NCBI GenBank assembly: GCA_963705305.1
Contig: OY970067.1
Span: forward strand, 2,080,001-2,144,000
Length of the DNA: 64,000 nt
Origin: an uncultured Methylomirabilota bacterium
GTDB taxonomy: Bacteria > Methylomirabilota > Methylomirabilia > Methylomirabilales > 2-02-FULL-66-22
Reading direction: 5' to 3'
The notes under the pieces are model-generated. The model worked only from the letters and a program-made list of their open reading frames with translations, made no database searches and was not told where the DNA came from. Of this stretch, positions 25,401-33,582 are shown one piece after another. The position numbers and the translations under genes were made by a program. The number at the start of each line of letters is the position of its first letter. Positions within the stretch are counted from its first letter, which is position 1.

Positions 25401-26609
25401 ATGCTGACACCGCTCCTGATCTTCCTCGGCACCTACTTCGTCCTCGCGGTGGGGCGTCTGCCCGCCTCGCGTGTGGATCGCACGGGGGCTGCCATCATTG
25501 GGGCCAGCCTGATGGTGGGGTTCGGCGTGCTCTCGCTGGAGGAAGCGTTCCATGCGATCAACTACGAGACGCTCATCCTGCTCTTCGGGATGATGCTCGT
25601 GGTCGCCCATCTCCGGCTCTCGGGCTTTTTCGCGTTGGTCGCCAGTTGGGTCGTCCGGCGCATCCACCGGCCCTTCTATCTGTTGTGCGCCATTGTTGGC
25701 GTGGCGGGCACGTTCTCGGCCTTCTTCGTCAACGACACGATGTGCCTGGTGTTGACGCCGCTGGTCTGCGACATCGCCACCCGCCTGAAGCGCGATCCTG
25801 TCCCCTACCTCCTGGCGGTGGCCACGGCCGCCAACATCGGCAGCGTGGCCACCATCACGGGCAACCCCCAGAACATGTTGATTGGCACCTTCTCGCAGAT
25901 TCCCTACCGCACCTTTGCCGCGCACCTGGCCCCCATTGCCGCCGTGGGATTGGGGCTCACGATCCTGCTGATCTCCCTGGTGTATCGCACGGAGTTCGCC
26001 GGGCATGCCAGGGTGGACATCGACGAGCGGCGTATCCGCGTGCACCGCGGGCTCCTCTGGAGATCGATCCTCGGGGCCGCGTGCATGCTCGTCCTGTTCT
26101 TTGCCGACTGGTCCGTCCCCAAGGTGGCCATCGTCGTGGGGGCCCTGCTGCTGGTCACCCGCCGGGTGAAACCCGAGAAGATCTACCGCGAGATCGACTG
26201 GTCCCTGCTGGTCCTGTTCGCCGGTCTCTTCATCGTGATTGCCGGGGTCGAGAAGACCGCGCTCCTGGACGATTTGGCCGCCTTGGCTGCCCACCTGCAG
26301 CTGAACCGCATCGCCGTCTTGAGCGGCCTGGCGGCGGTGCTCTCCAACGCGGTGAGCAACGTCCCCGCGGTCCTGCTGTTCAAGCCCTTGATGGCGCACC
26401 TCACCAACCCGCCACGCAGCTGGCTGGCGCTGGCCATGTCCTCCACGTTGGCCGGGAATCTCACGCTCCTCGGCTCCATTGCCAACTTGATTGTCGTGGA
26501 ACGCGCCCGCCACACCGTTCGGATCTCCTTCACCGAGCACCTGAAGATCGGTGTGCCCCTGACGATCCTCAGCATTCTCGCGGGTGTATTGCTGTTGACG
26601 CCGTGGTAG
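25401..26609 (+). CDS. ArsB/NhaD/SLC13-type anion permease
   Basis: DRTGAAIIGA, SAFFVNDT, AANIGSVATITGNPQN, SNVPAV, LAGNLTLLGSIANLIV. Confidence 0.88.
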   Translation: MLTPLLIFLGTYFVLAVGRLPASRVDRTGAAIIGASLMVGFGVLSLEEAFHAINYETLILLFGMMLVVAHLRLSGFFALVASWVVRRIHRPFYLLCAIVGVAGTFSAFFVNDTMCLVLTPLVCDIATRLKRDPVPYLLAVATAANIGSVATITGNPQNMLIGTFSQIPYRTFAAHLAPIAAVGLGLTILLISLVYRTEFAGHARVDIDERRIRVHRGLLWRSILGAACMLVLFFADWSVPKVAIVVGALLLVTRRVKPEKIYREIDWSLLVLFAGLFIVIAGVEKTALLDDLAALAAHLQLNRIAVLSGLAAVLSNAVSNVPAVLLFKPLMAHLTNPPRSWLALAMSSTLAGNLTLLGSIANLIVVERARHTVRISFTEHLKIGVPLTILSILAGVLLLTPW

Positions 26610-26709
26610 GCGGATTCCTGCCCGCGGGGCCCTCATGCTCCAGACTTCGGGCGAACGCCACTGGCTCCTGCCAGTGCCCATATCTGAAAGCGCTACTCCG
26701 GGCAAGGCC

Positions 26710-26990
26710 AATAACATTCGCTGCGCAAGAGCCCCGCGGCAGGATTGGGGATAGACCACGCCTGGCCCGGCCCAGCGCGCCCGAAGGTGGGGCGCAGGGC
26801 CGGCGGACGATCCCGCGCGCGGTTGTGGGTGGTTCGGTCTCCCTCCCTACGGGTTGCGGGCCTCGGGTGCCGGTGTCATCGGAACCATATCTTCGCCGTC
26901 ATCGCGGCATGATGGTGTCCCGGAGGGACGTCGCAATCAGATTCCGAGCGTCTCCCGCTCATGGGCACTTCGCGCTGGTCCCTCCGTGGA
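26710..26990 (-). ncRNA. Putative bridge/seek RNA of IS110 element 1 (boundaries approximate)
   Basis: Four segments at 26886-26969 match the target and donor half-sites and are separated by hairpins. Confidence 0.75.
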
Positions 26991-28034
26991 CGACGCCGGG
27001 CGGGCCGCCGGGTCGCGGGTCCGGTTCCCGCTTGGTCAGGATCCAATAGGTGGCTTCCGCCAAGTGGCGCGCGACCGCGCCGATTGCCGTCGCGTGCCCC
27101 TTCCGCTGCTGGATGCGCGTATAGAGGCAACGGACGTGGCGGTGCGGCCGGGCGGGGCGCGTGCGGTCGGTGGGACTCGCCGCCTCGACGAAGGCCCACT
27201 TGAGGTAGCGAGTGATGTCCACCCGGAGCTGGCCGTAGTGGACGCGGCCCCCGCTGGCGTGCACGCGCGGCGTGGTGCCGGCATAGGCGGCGAGCTGCGC
27301 CGCGCGCGGGAAGCGGCGGATGTCGCCGATCTCCAGGCGGAGGACCACGGCCAGCACCCACCCGACCCCGGGGAGCGTCCGGAGGAGCTGGAGCTCCGGG
27401 GTGGGCGCAAAGACCGCGCGCCGGCGCGGCTCGAAGCCCTCGATCTGGGCCGACACAACGTCCAGCTGCTCCAGGAGGCGCTCCGTGGCGGTCCCGACTG
27501 TGCGGCGCCAGCAGGGGGAGGGCGGTGGTGAGGAGCCACTGGCGCCCGCGGCGCCCGAAGAGATCGCTCGTCCCCTCCAGGCGCAGGCCGGTCCTTGGCC
27601 AGGGTGGCGTGGATCCGATTCTTGAGCCGGGTGCGCTCCCGGGTGAGGACCATGCGGGTGCGGGGGAGATCCCGCTGATCCCGGAGGGGGCCGGGCGGGA
27701 TCCACACCGTGGGGAGCGTCCCGGCCCGCTGCAGCCGGGTCCGCCCCCGCGCGTCGAGCGTGTCGGTCTTGGTCCCCAGGCCGCGCAGGAGCTTCGCCTT
27801 GCGCGCGTGGACCAGCTGCGGGACCTGGCCGGCCGCTTCGATCTCGTCCACGATCCAGTCCCAGGTGCCGACGGTCTCGACCGCCACCGGCGAACCCCGC
27901 TCGCGGGTCGCGAGGAATTGCTGCAGGGCGCCCCGGACGTGGTCGATCCGGCCCTCGTACCGGCGCTGGCCGTCCTCCGTCTCCACCGAGACCTGGGTGT
28001 ACCGCTTGTGGGCATCGAACGCGATGTACTCCAT
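26959..28034 (-). pseudogene. IS110 transposase/recombinase with two frameshifts (~27590, ~27493)
   Basis: [24 protein letters not shown] (DEDD RuvC) in one frame; [26 protein letters not shown] in another. Confidence 0.88.
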
Positions 28035-28226
28035 GGCAGCGCGCCTCCTCTCAGCGGGGACCCCGCCCGCACCCCCTCCCGGGTCGACCGCAGCATACGC
28101 TGCAGTGCTCAGGAGGCGCAGCGCTTTCATAGCATCAGATTCGCCCTGCCCGTTGCACAAAGGTGTTGAATAGCGTCGGGGATTGGAGCACAAACTCCTT
28201 GTGCTTACTGCGCAGAGGGGGTGCAC

Positions 28227-28292
28227 AAATCGGAGACGTTGCAAGTTTCGTCAGCCTACGCGAATATGCCTCAATCGTGCCCCACCACGCAT
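28227..28292. repeat. Island repeat R1
   Basis: AAATCGGAGACGTTGCAAGTTTCGTCAGCCTACGCGAATATGCCTCAATCGTGCCCCACCACGC; homologous to R2 and R3. Confidence 0.85.
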
Positions 28293-28308
28293 CGACTCCT
28301 GTCGACCG

Positions 28309-28974
28309 CTACGCCTCGGACCGGAGAAACGCCACGAACTCATCGAGCGCCCGCTGCTCTTCGGCGGTCAGCTTCGAGAAGGACTCCGACTGGGCGGCAA
28401 AGGCGAAGGCGCGTTCGCGCACGTCAGGTGGCACCTCCCGGACGGCGCCGGCGAGGACCGCAAGCTTGCGATCGGGGATCCCGAAGAAGGTCGCGAGCCG
28501 GTGGAGCGTCAGCGGGGACGGCCGGTATCCGGGATTCCGCTCGAGCGCGGCCAACTCCTGCCGATCCACCCCCGTCTTGTCGGCTAGGCCCGCGACCGTG
28601 AGCCCGCGCGACCGGCGGAGCATCTGGATCACCCGATGAAAGGCCTCCCGCACCTCCTGGATTTCGGGATCCTTCGCGGTCATGACCACGGTCAGCCTCT
28701 GGTTCAGCGCGCGGGCGATGCGATCCAGCATCGTCAGCGACCGCCCCTCGTAGTCGGCATCCTCGAGCCGGCTAATCACGGACTGGGTCGTGCCGATGAG
28801 CTCGGCGAGCTGCTGCTGGGACAGCTCCGCGGCGGTCCGCATGTCGTGGATGAGGCGGGCTGCCTCGGCATTGACGCGTTCCTCCTGGAGGGCGGCCTTC
28901 CGTTCGGGATCGTCCTTCACGTATCGACCGTGAAGGATCTGGACAGCGTTCCGGGTCCGCTCCTTCTTGGCCAT
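28309..28974 (-). CDS. XRE/HigA-like antitoxin with two HTH domains
   Basis: LSQQQLAELIGTTQSVISRLE and a second HTH GLTVAGLADKTGVDRQELAALE; downstream of the toxin gene. Confidence 0.85.
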   Translation of the reverse strand: MAKKERTRNAVQILHGRYVKDDPERKAALQEERVNAEAARLIHDMRTAAELSQQQLAELIGTTQSVISRLEDADYEGRSLTMLDRIARALNQRLTVVMTAKDPEIQEVREAFHRVIQMLRRSRGLTVAGLADKTGVDRQELAALERNPGYRPSPLTLHRLATFFGIPDRKLAVLAGAVREVPPDVRERAFAFAAQSESFSKLTAEEQRALDEFVAFLRSEA

Positions 28975-28978
28975 GGCG

Positions 28979-29341
28979 TCACTCCTCGTAGGTGTGTTTC
29001 TGCGGGTTCTGTTCAAACCGTGCCCGATTCCGGAGAGCCCGGTCGATCTCCGCCGGCGGGACAGCGCCCTCCTTGGTGCACCCATGGCTGAGGACAGCAC
29101 GGCCACCGTGGAAGAAATAGAGCATCCGGTACTGGACGTTTCCTTGCCGGGCACGCAGCTCATAGATACCGTCGCGCAGTAGATCCGCCTCGGGTCGTCG
29201 CAGCTCATGACCGAGCTCCGCGAGGCGCTCGATCCGTACGATGCACTTGTCCTGCACTTTCGACGAAAGGTCATCCAGCCAGGCCAGCAGGGGCGCAGAC
29301 CCATCGTCCTCAGCGAAGAACACCACATCGGTTTGTGGCAT
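28979..29341 (-). CDS. RelE/HigB (Gp49-like) toxin
   Basis: GHELRRPEADLLRDGIYELRAR..VQYRMLYFF..VLSHGCTK..VPPAEIDRA. Confidence 0.88.
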   Translation of the reverse strand: MPQTDVVFFAEDDGSAPLLAWLDDLSSKVQDKCIVRIERLAELGHELRRPEADLLRDGIYELRARQGNVQYRMLYFFHGGRAVLSHGCTKEGAVPPAEIDRALRNRARFEQNPQKHTYEE

Positions 29342-29509
29342 CGGGCGTGCCCTCGGGCGTGCTTCGTACCGGACGAAGTATCGCATAATTGCTATAAACG
29401 TGTCAACGCTTTTTTGCGATATTTGTGATAGCTCACCAAACGTGTTCGGCTCGAGCAGATCAGGAATTCTGAAAAAATAGGGGACCCGGCCGTTTCTGCG
29501 CTGTCAAGG

Positions 29510-29785
29510 CACATTCCTCCTCGCGATGCCGAGTCCTGAACGCATCTCACACCTGCTGCCTGCCGTCGTTCCCCCGGGACCGCTCCCGGATGGTCTCTCA
29601 CGCCCCACCGTAGTGGTCGCATCCGGCCTGCTCGCTGCCACCCGAGCGGCCTACCCGGCCTCGTCCGGGCTGCTGAGAGCGGGAGCGGCGCGCCAGGGTC
29701 CCCCGGCGGTCCCACCGGGCCGCCACGTTGCATGAATCGCGCTGCCAGCTCCCCGGGGAAGACAGACGCTGTCCCGCCGGCCGGC
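29510..29785 (-). ncRNA. Putative bridge RNA of IS110 element 2 (boundaries approximate)
   Basis: Segments at 29725-29732, 29698-29703, 29651-29660 and 29610-29614 match the target and donor half-sites, with intervening hairpins. Confidence 0.75.
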
Positions 29786-30991
29786 TCAGCGGACCTGCCG
29801 CTGGAGCCCGCCCGTCCGGCGTGGGTCGTACGGGGTCCCGCTCCGCCACACGCCCCAGACGACCCGGAGCACTTTCGCCGCCAGTTCGACGATCGCCTTG
29901 AAGCCAGCGAAGCGGTCCCCCTGGCGCTTCGCTTTCAAGGCGGCGAGCCGGGCCCGCCCCGCGGCGGTCCGCGCCAGTCCCAGCGCCGCGTGGTACAGCG
30001 CCCAACGCAGAAGGCTGCGCCCGCACTTGGAGATTCGCGCCTGCCCCGCGAACTGCCCGGATTGCACCCGCACGATGTCCAGCCCCGCGAGCTTCCGGAG
30101 CTGGGAGAACTTCGTGAACCAGGCGATGTCCCCGATCTCGGCCAGGAGGATCGCGGCCACGGTCGGCCCGACCCCCGGGATCGTCCGGAGGAGCGCGTAG
30201 GCCGGGAGCCGCTCGGCGAGGGGCGTCAGGGCCTGCTCGACCGCGGCGGTGCGGGCCTGAACAGCATCGACCTGGGCCCCGAGGTCCGCACAGGCCGTGG
30301 CGAGCCCGACCGGCAGCCGTCCCTTCGCCACCGCTGGGCGCCCGGGGGCCGCCGGCTCCCAGGCCTGGAGCACCGCCGGCAGCTCCGCCCGCAGGCGGTT
30401 GGGCAGGGGCTCCCCCATCGGCCCGAGGGCCGGGCGGAGGGTCGTGCGCCAGCGCGCCTTGCAGGCCGCCAGCTCGCTCCGGGCCCGGCGGAGGCACTTG
30501 ACCAAGTGCCGCAACTCGACGCGGGGGCCATCGGGCCGGCTGTAGAACAGCACCTTCCCCTGTTCGAGGAGGTCGGCGCAGTTGGCGGCGTCCTTCCGGT
30601 CGCCCTTGTCCCAGGTCCCGTCCTGGGTCCGGCGGTTCCAGTAGGCCACGCTGCTGGAGAACAGGACGACGTCGGCGCCCTGCGTCTCCAGGAACACCGC
30701 GAGGGCCTGGTGGTAGGTCCCCGTGGGCTCGAGGCCACAGACCACCTCGCGGCACCCGGTGCTCCGCTGGGCCTGCTGGATCCGCGCCCAGAGCTGGGCG
30801 AAGCCCCGGGTGGTGTTCGGGATCGTGAGGGTGGGCACGACCACCCGGGTGTGGGCCTGCCGGAGGTGCACCACGTGTTCGACTTGGGCGACGTCGATCC
30901 CGACCAGGAGGCGCTGGCGGTTGATGCGTAAGGTGGCCTTCAGCTCCCGGAACCGCTTGACACGCGTGGCATTGTCTCGCATCGTAGCCAT
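29786..30991 (-). CDS. IS110 family transposase/recombinase, apparently intact (401 aa)
   Basis: VGIDVA, GLEPTGTYH, KGDRKDA (DEDD); LLRTIPGVG..EIGDI..KLAGLD..QSGQ..ISKCG; GAGGAGG RBS. Confidence 0.92.
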   Translation of the reverse strand: MATMRDNATRVKRFRELKATLRINRQRLLVGIDVAQVEHVVHLRQAHTRVVVPTLTIPNTTRGFAQLWARIQQAQRSTGCREVVCGLEPTGTYHQALAVFLETQGADVVLFSSSVAYWNRRTQDGTWDKGDRKDAANCADLLEQGKVLFYSRPDGPRVELRHLVKCLRRARSELAACKARWRTTLRPALGPMGEPLPNRLRAELPAVLQAWEPAAPGRPAVAKGRLPVGLATACADLGAQVDAVQARTAAVEQALTPLAERLPAYALLRTIPGVGPTVAAILLAEIGDIAWFTKFSQLRKLAGLDIVRVQSGQFAGQARISKCGRSLLRWALYHAALGLARTAAGRARLAALKAKRQGDRFAGFKAIVELAAKVLRVVWGVWRSGTPYDPRRTGGLQRQVR

Positions 30992-31147
30992 GGGGTTCTT
31001 CCTCCTCTGTACGGGGTGAGTGGATGGCTCTCTGCACACCCCTACCAATAGCGAGGAAGAACCCCTTTTGGAACCTGCCATTTTCACCAGAAGGGGCCCA
31101 GACTGTGGGAGTCTAGTCGCTGGTACCTGGTTCATGCGGGTAATACT

Positions 31148-31336
31148 ACGCTGCAAGTTTTGTAAGCTTACGGAATATGTCTCAATCGTGCCCCACCCCG
31201 CAGGAATAGTCAATGTAGTCATCCGCATTCCGGGTTGCACGACCAGCATGGGAAATCCGCGCTTTCCCACCAGGTCTGGAGACCGCGCACGCACACCTAG
31301 ACCCGTGCCGGGGATCTTTCTACGAGGACTGGATTC
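31148..31336. repeat. Island repeat R2, main part (left stub at 29474-29485, beyond the IS110)
   Basis: ACGCTGCAAGTTTTGTAAGCTTACGGAATATGTCTCAATCGTGCCCCACCCCGC, then ~135 bp more that aligns with R3. Confidence 0.8.
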
Positions 31337-31540
31337 TGCCCGGGCCCTCAAATCAAAGATAACGAAAACTGCAGGCCCCTATTGCTGGGTCACCGTCCAC
31401 GCGGAGGCGCCGCTTGCTGATCGCACACATCTGCTGCTCCACACGGCCGTCCAGAACGCGTTGGTCATGCGGGAGAAATCGGCTGGCGCCGGACCGATTT
31501 CGGTTGCGCAGGTTAGGGTGCGCCCCTATCCTCTCCTTTA

Positions 31541-31684
31541 AAGAGGGGAGTAGATCAACCTCCACCCAGGTGACACCGTCAGGACGATCGCCCGCTCGAA
31601 GGCGGCGATCCGGTTCACCGGCGGGACCCGATTCCCGTGATCGAGACCTCCTGTGTCGAAGCGGACGCGGGAGGTTTTTGTTTT
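31541..31684 (+). promoter_or_regulatory. yybP-ykoY (Mn2+) riboswitch with intrinsic terminator
   Basis: GGGGAGTAG...CGTCAGGAC...CCGG...GAGACC motif order; terminator ACCTCC...GGAGGT + T-run; TTGCGC-17-TATCCT upstream; precedes terC. Confidence 0.85.
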
Positions 31685-31697
31685 CAGGAGAGGACCT

Positions 31698-32726
31698 GTG
31701 GCAGGGCATTGGTTGGAGATCGGGTTTGCGGCGATCGTGCTGGGGATGCTGCTCGGCGAGATGCTCCGGTTTCATCGGAACCCGCGCGCGCTATCCCTGC
31801 GGGAAGCCGCCCTCTGGAGTCTGGGATGGTTGACCCTGGCGGCGCTCTTCGGTCTGGGCATCCATCTCCGGCACGGGGCGGAGAAGGCGCTGGAGTTCGG
31901 GGTCGGCTACCTCATCGAGTGGTCCCTGAGCCTGGACAATCTCTTCGTCTTTGTGGTGATCTTCCGCGCCTTTGCGGTGCCCGAGGGCGCCCGGCACCGG
32001 GCGCTGCTCTGGGGGATCCTGGGGGCGGTGATCTTCCGCGGTGTTTTCATCGCCGCTGGGGCGGCCCTGCTGGTGCACTTCGAGTGGATCCTCTATCTCT
32101 TCGGCGCCTTCCTGATGGTCACGGGCTGGAAGCTTTTCCGGCAACCGGGGGTGCAGGTTTCCCCCGACCGGAATCCGATCCTCCGCCTTTTCCGACGGCT
32201 CGTCCCGGTATTGCCGGAGTACCACGGCCAGCAGTTCCTCGTGCGCCGCGATGGACGCTGGCTGGCCACTCCGCTGGTCCCCGTGCTGATCGTGATCGGC
32301 ACGACCGACCTCCTCTTCGCCACCGACTCCATCCCGGCCATCTTCGGCATCACCCGGGATCCCTTCATTGTGGCTGCCTCCAACATCTTCGCGGTCCTGG
32401 GGCTTCGCGGCCTGTTCTTCCTGCTCTCCGAGATGCTGGGGCTGTTCCGCTACCTCAAGCTCGGGCTCGCCGGCATCCTCGTATTCGTGGGAGGCAAAAT
32501 GCTGCTGGCTGACGTCTACCCCGTGCCGGCGGGAGCCTCGCTGGTCATCATCGGTGGTGTTCTGGCCGTCTCGATGGCGGCGTCTCTTGTCCACCAACTC
32601 TGGCGGTCCCCGACGCAGCCAACCGGTCCCTGGTCCGATAGGATCTCGCAAGACCGGCCGGTGCAGGCAATCCACCCGCCGATGGCATCCGGGGCTGCTG
32701 GCAAGTCGCGCGCACATCGGCGCTGA
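31698..32726 (+). CDS. TerC/Alx family metal (Mn) homeostasis membrane protein
   Basis: GYLIEWSLSLDNLFVF, WGILGAVIFRG, DLLFATDSIPAIFGIT, SNIFAVLGLR. Confidence 0.93.
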   Translation: MAGHWLEIGFAAIVLGMLLGEMLRFHRNPRALSLREAALWSLGWLTLAALFGLGIHLRHGAEKALEFGVGYLIEWSLSLDNLFVFVVIFRAFAVPEGARHRALLWGILGAVIFRGVFIAAGAALLVHFEWILYLFGAFLMVTGWKLFRQPGVQVSPDRNPILRLFRRLVPVLPEYHGQQFLVRRDGRWLATPLVPVLIVIGTTDLLFATDSIPAIFGITRDPFIVAASNIFAVLGLRGLFFLLSEMLGLFRYLKLGLAGILVFVGGKMLLADVYPVPAGASLVIIGGVLAVSMAASLVHQLWRSPTQPTGPWSDRISQDRPVQAIHPPMASGAAGKSRAHRR

Positions 32727-32742
32727 ACAGGGAAGGAGTCCA

Positions 32743-32940
32743 TTGGGGAAGACACTTCGCCGCATCTTGGGAGTGACCCTGATCGCCGCCGGAATGGTCG
32801 GCCTGCTTTTGCCGGTCATCCCGGGCATCCCCCTCCTGCTCGCGGGGGTGGCCTTGCTGGGCCCCAATCACCCTTGGGTACGCCCGCTCGTGGCTCGGCT
32901 TCGCGCATGGCGCCGGGAGGCCACGACACACCAGAGGTAA
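32743..32940 (+). CDS. Small membrane protein (PGPGW/DUF454-like), TTG start
   Basis: AAGGAG RBS; two-helix hairpin GMVGLLLPVIPGIPLLLAGVALLG. Confidence 0.65.
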   Translation: MGKTLRRILGVTLIAAGMVGLLLPVIPGIPLLLAGVALLGPNHPWVRPLVARLRAWRREATTHQR

Positions 32941-32949
32941 GGGCGAGTA

Positions 32950-33202
32950 AAGATCGGGAACGCTGCAAGTTTGGCCAGCCTGCGCGAATACGTCTCGATC
33001 GTGCCCCGCCCCGCGTCGGACGAGAGACTTTACCCGCGTGGCCGGATTCTTCGGGCCGCGTCCCGCAGGGAAATCAATGTAGTTGCCCGCACCCCAGCTC
33101 GCAAGACCGGTACGGGAGCCCGCGCCTTCACACCAGGTTCGAGAGACCGTGCAGGCACGCATAGGCCCGCGCCCAGGAGGCCGTCTTCCTAGGTCTGGAT
33201 TC
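32950..33202. repeat. Island repeat R3 (longest copy)
   Basis: AGATCGGGAACGCTGCAAGTTTGGCCAGCCTGCGCGAATACGTCTCGATCGTGCCCCGCCCCGC, then TCAATGTAGT..., CACCAGGT..GAGACCG and CTGGATTC shared with R2. Confidence 0.8.
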
Positions 33203-33413
33203 CTCCTCAGTCCTCACGCTCGACCTCGCGGGGCCGCTGATCTAATGACCGACTATTTCGCGGTGGCCACAGCTTTGCGCGAGCAAGCTACGCTGCCCGT
33301 CCTCATCCTGCTCATGAGGACAAACGAGCCAAGGAGAGAGCGAGCAATAGCGGATAGAAGCGGGGGGAACATTTTGTTGACAGGTCCGGCCGGATTGACC
33401 TATATTCATTTTA

Positions 33414-33502
33414 CCGCTAGGGGAGCAGGCGCTGAGAGTCCTCGCCGCAGGGCGGGGACAACCCTCTGAACCTGACCCGGTTAATACCGGCGTAGGGAAG
33501 CG
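33414..33502 (+). promoter_or_regulatory. TPP riboswitch
   Basis: AGGGGAGC..GCTGAGA...ACCCT..GAACCTGACCCGGTTAATACCGGCGTAGGGAA; TTGACA-18-TATATT upstream; thiamine genes downstream. Confidence 0.95.
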
Positions 33503-33520
33503 AGTCAGACGGCGATTCAG

Positions 33521-33554
33521 ACGCGGCGCTCCGAGGAGCGCCGCGTTCTTTTTT
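33521..33554 (+). terminator. Intrinsic terminator of the TPP riboswitch platform
   Basis: ACGCGGCGCTC-loop-GAGCGCCGCGT followed by TCTTTTTT. Confidence 0.85.
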
Positions 33555-33582
33555 GCGCAGGCGGGGCATGGGCATGGGGCCG

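Larger units (their letters stand above)
26679..28137 (-). mobile_element. IS110-family (IS1111-type) element 1
   Basis: Core CA at 26679-26680 and 28136-28137; sub-terminal inverted repeats TGAAAGCGCT (26685-26694) / AGCGCTTTCA (28120-28129); circle junction gives TTGCCC-17-TATGAT. Confidence 0.88.
29484..31149 (-). mobile_element. IS110-family element 2, inserted in repeat R2
   Basis: Core AC (GT on the transposase strand) at 29484-29485 and 31148-31149; removing the element restores repeat R2; circle junction gives TTGACA-17-TAGTAT. Confidence 0.88.

Noticed and set aside
31163..31200. GGGG...TAAG (- strand) as a Tn3 inverted repeat
   Set aside because: It spans 33 rather than 38 bp, all copies are in direct orientation, and there is no Tn3 transposase or resolvase.
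30992..31351. 521-aa version of the IS110 transposase in the ORF track
   Set aside because: The extension crosses the element end at 31149 into repeat R2; the RBS supports the ATG at 30991.
28227..33202. R1-R3 as a CRISPR array or canonical integron attC / pdif sites
   Set aside because: Spacing is kilobases; there are no cas or intI genes, no RYYYAAC/GTTRRRY boxes and no XerC/D arms. Kept only as an unexplained repeat.
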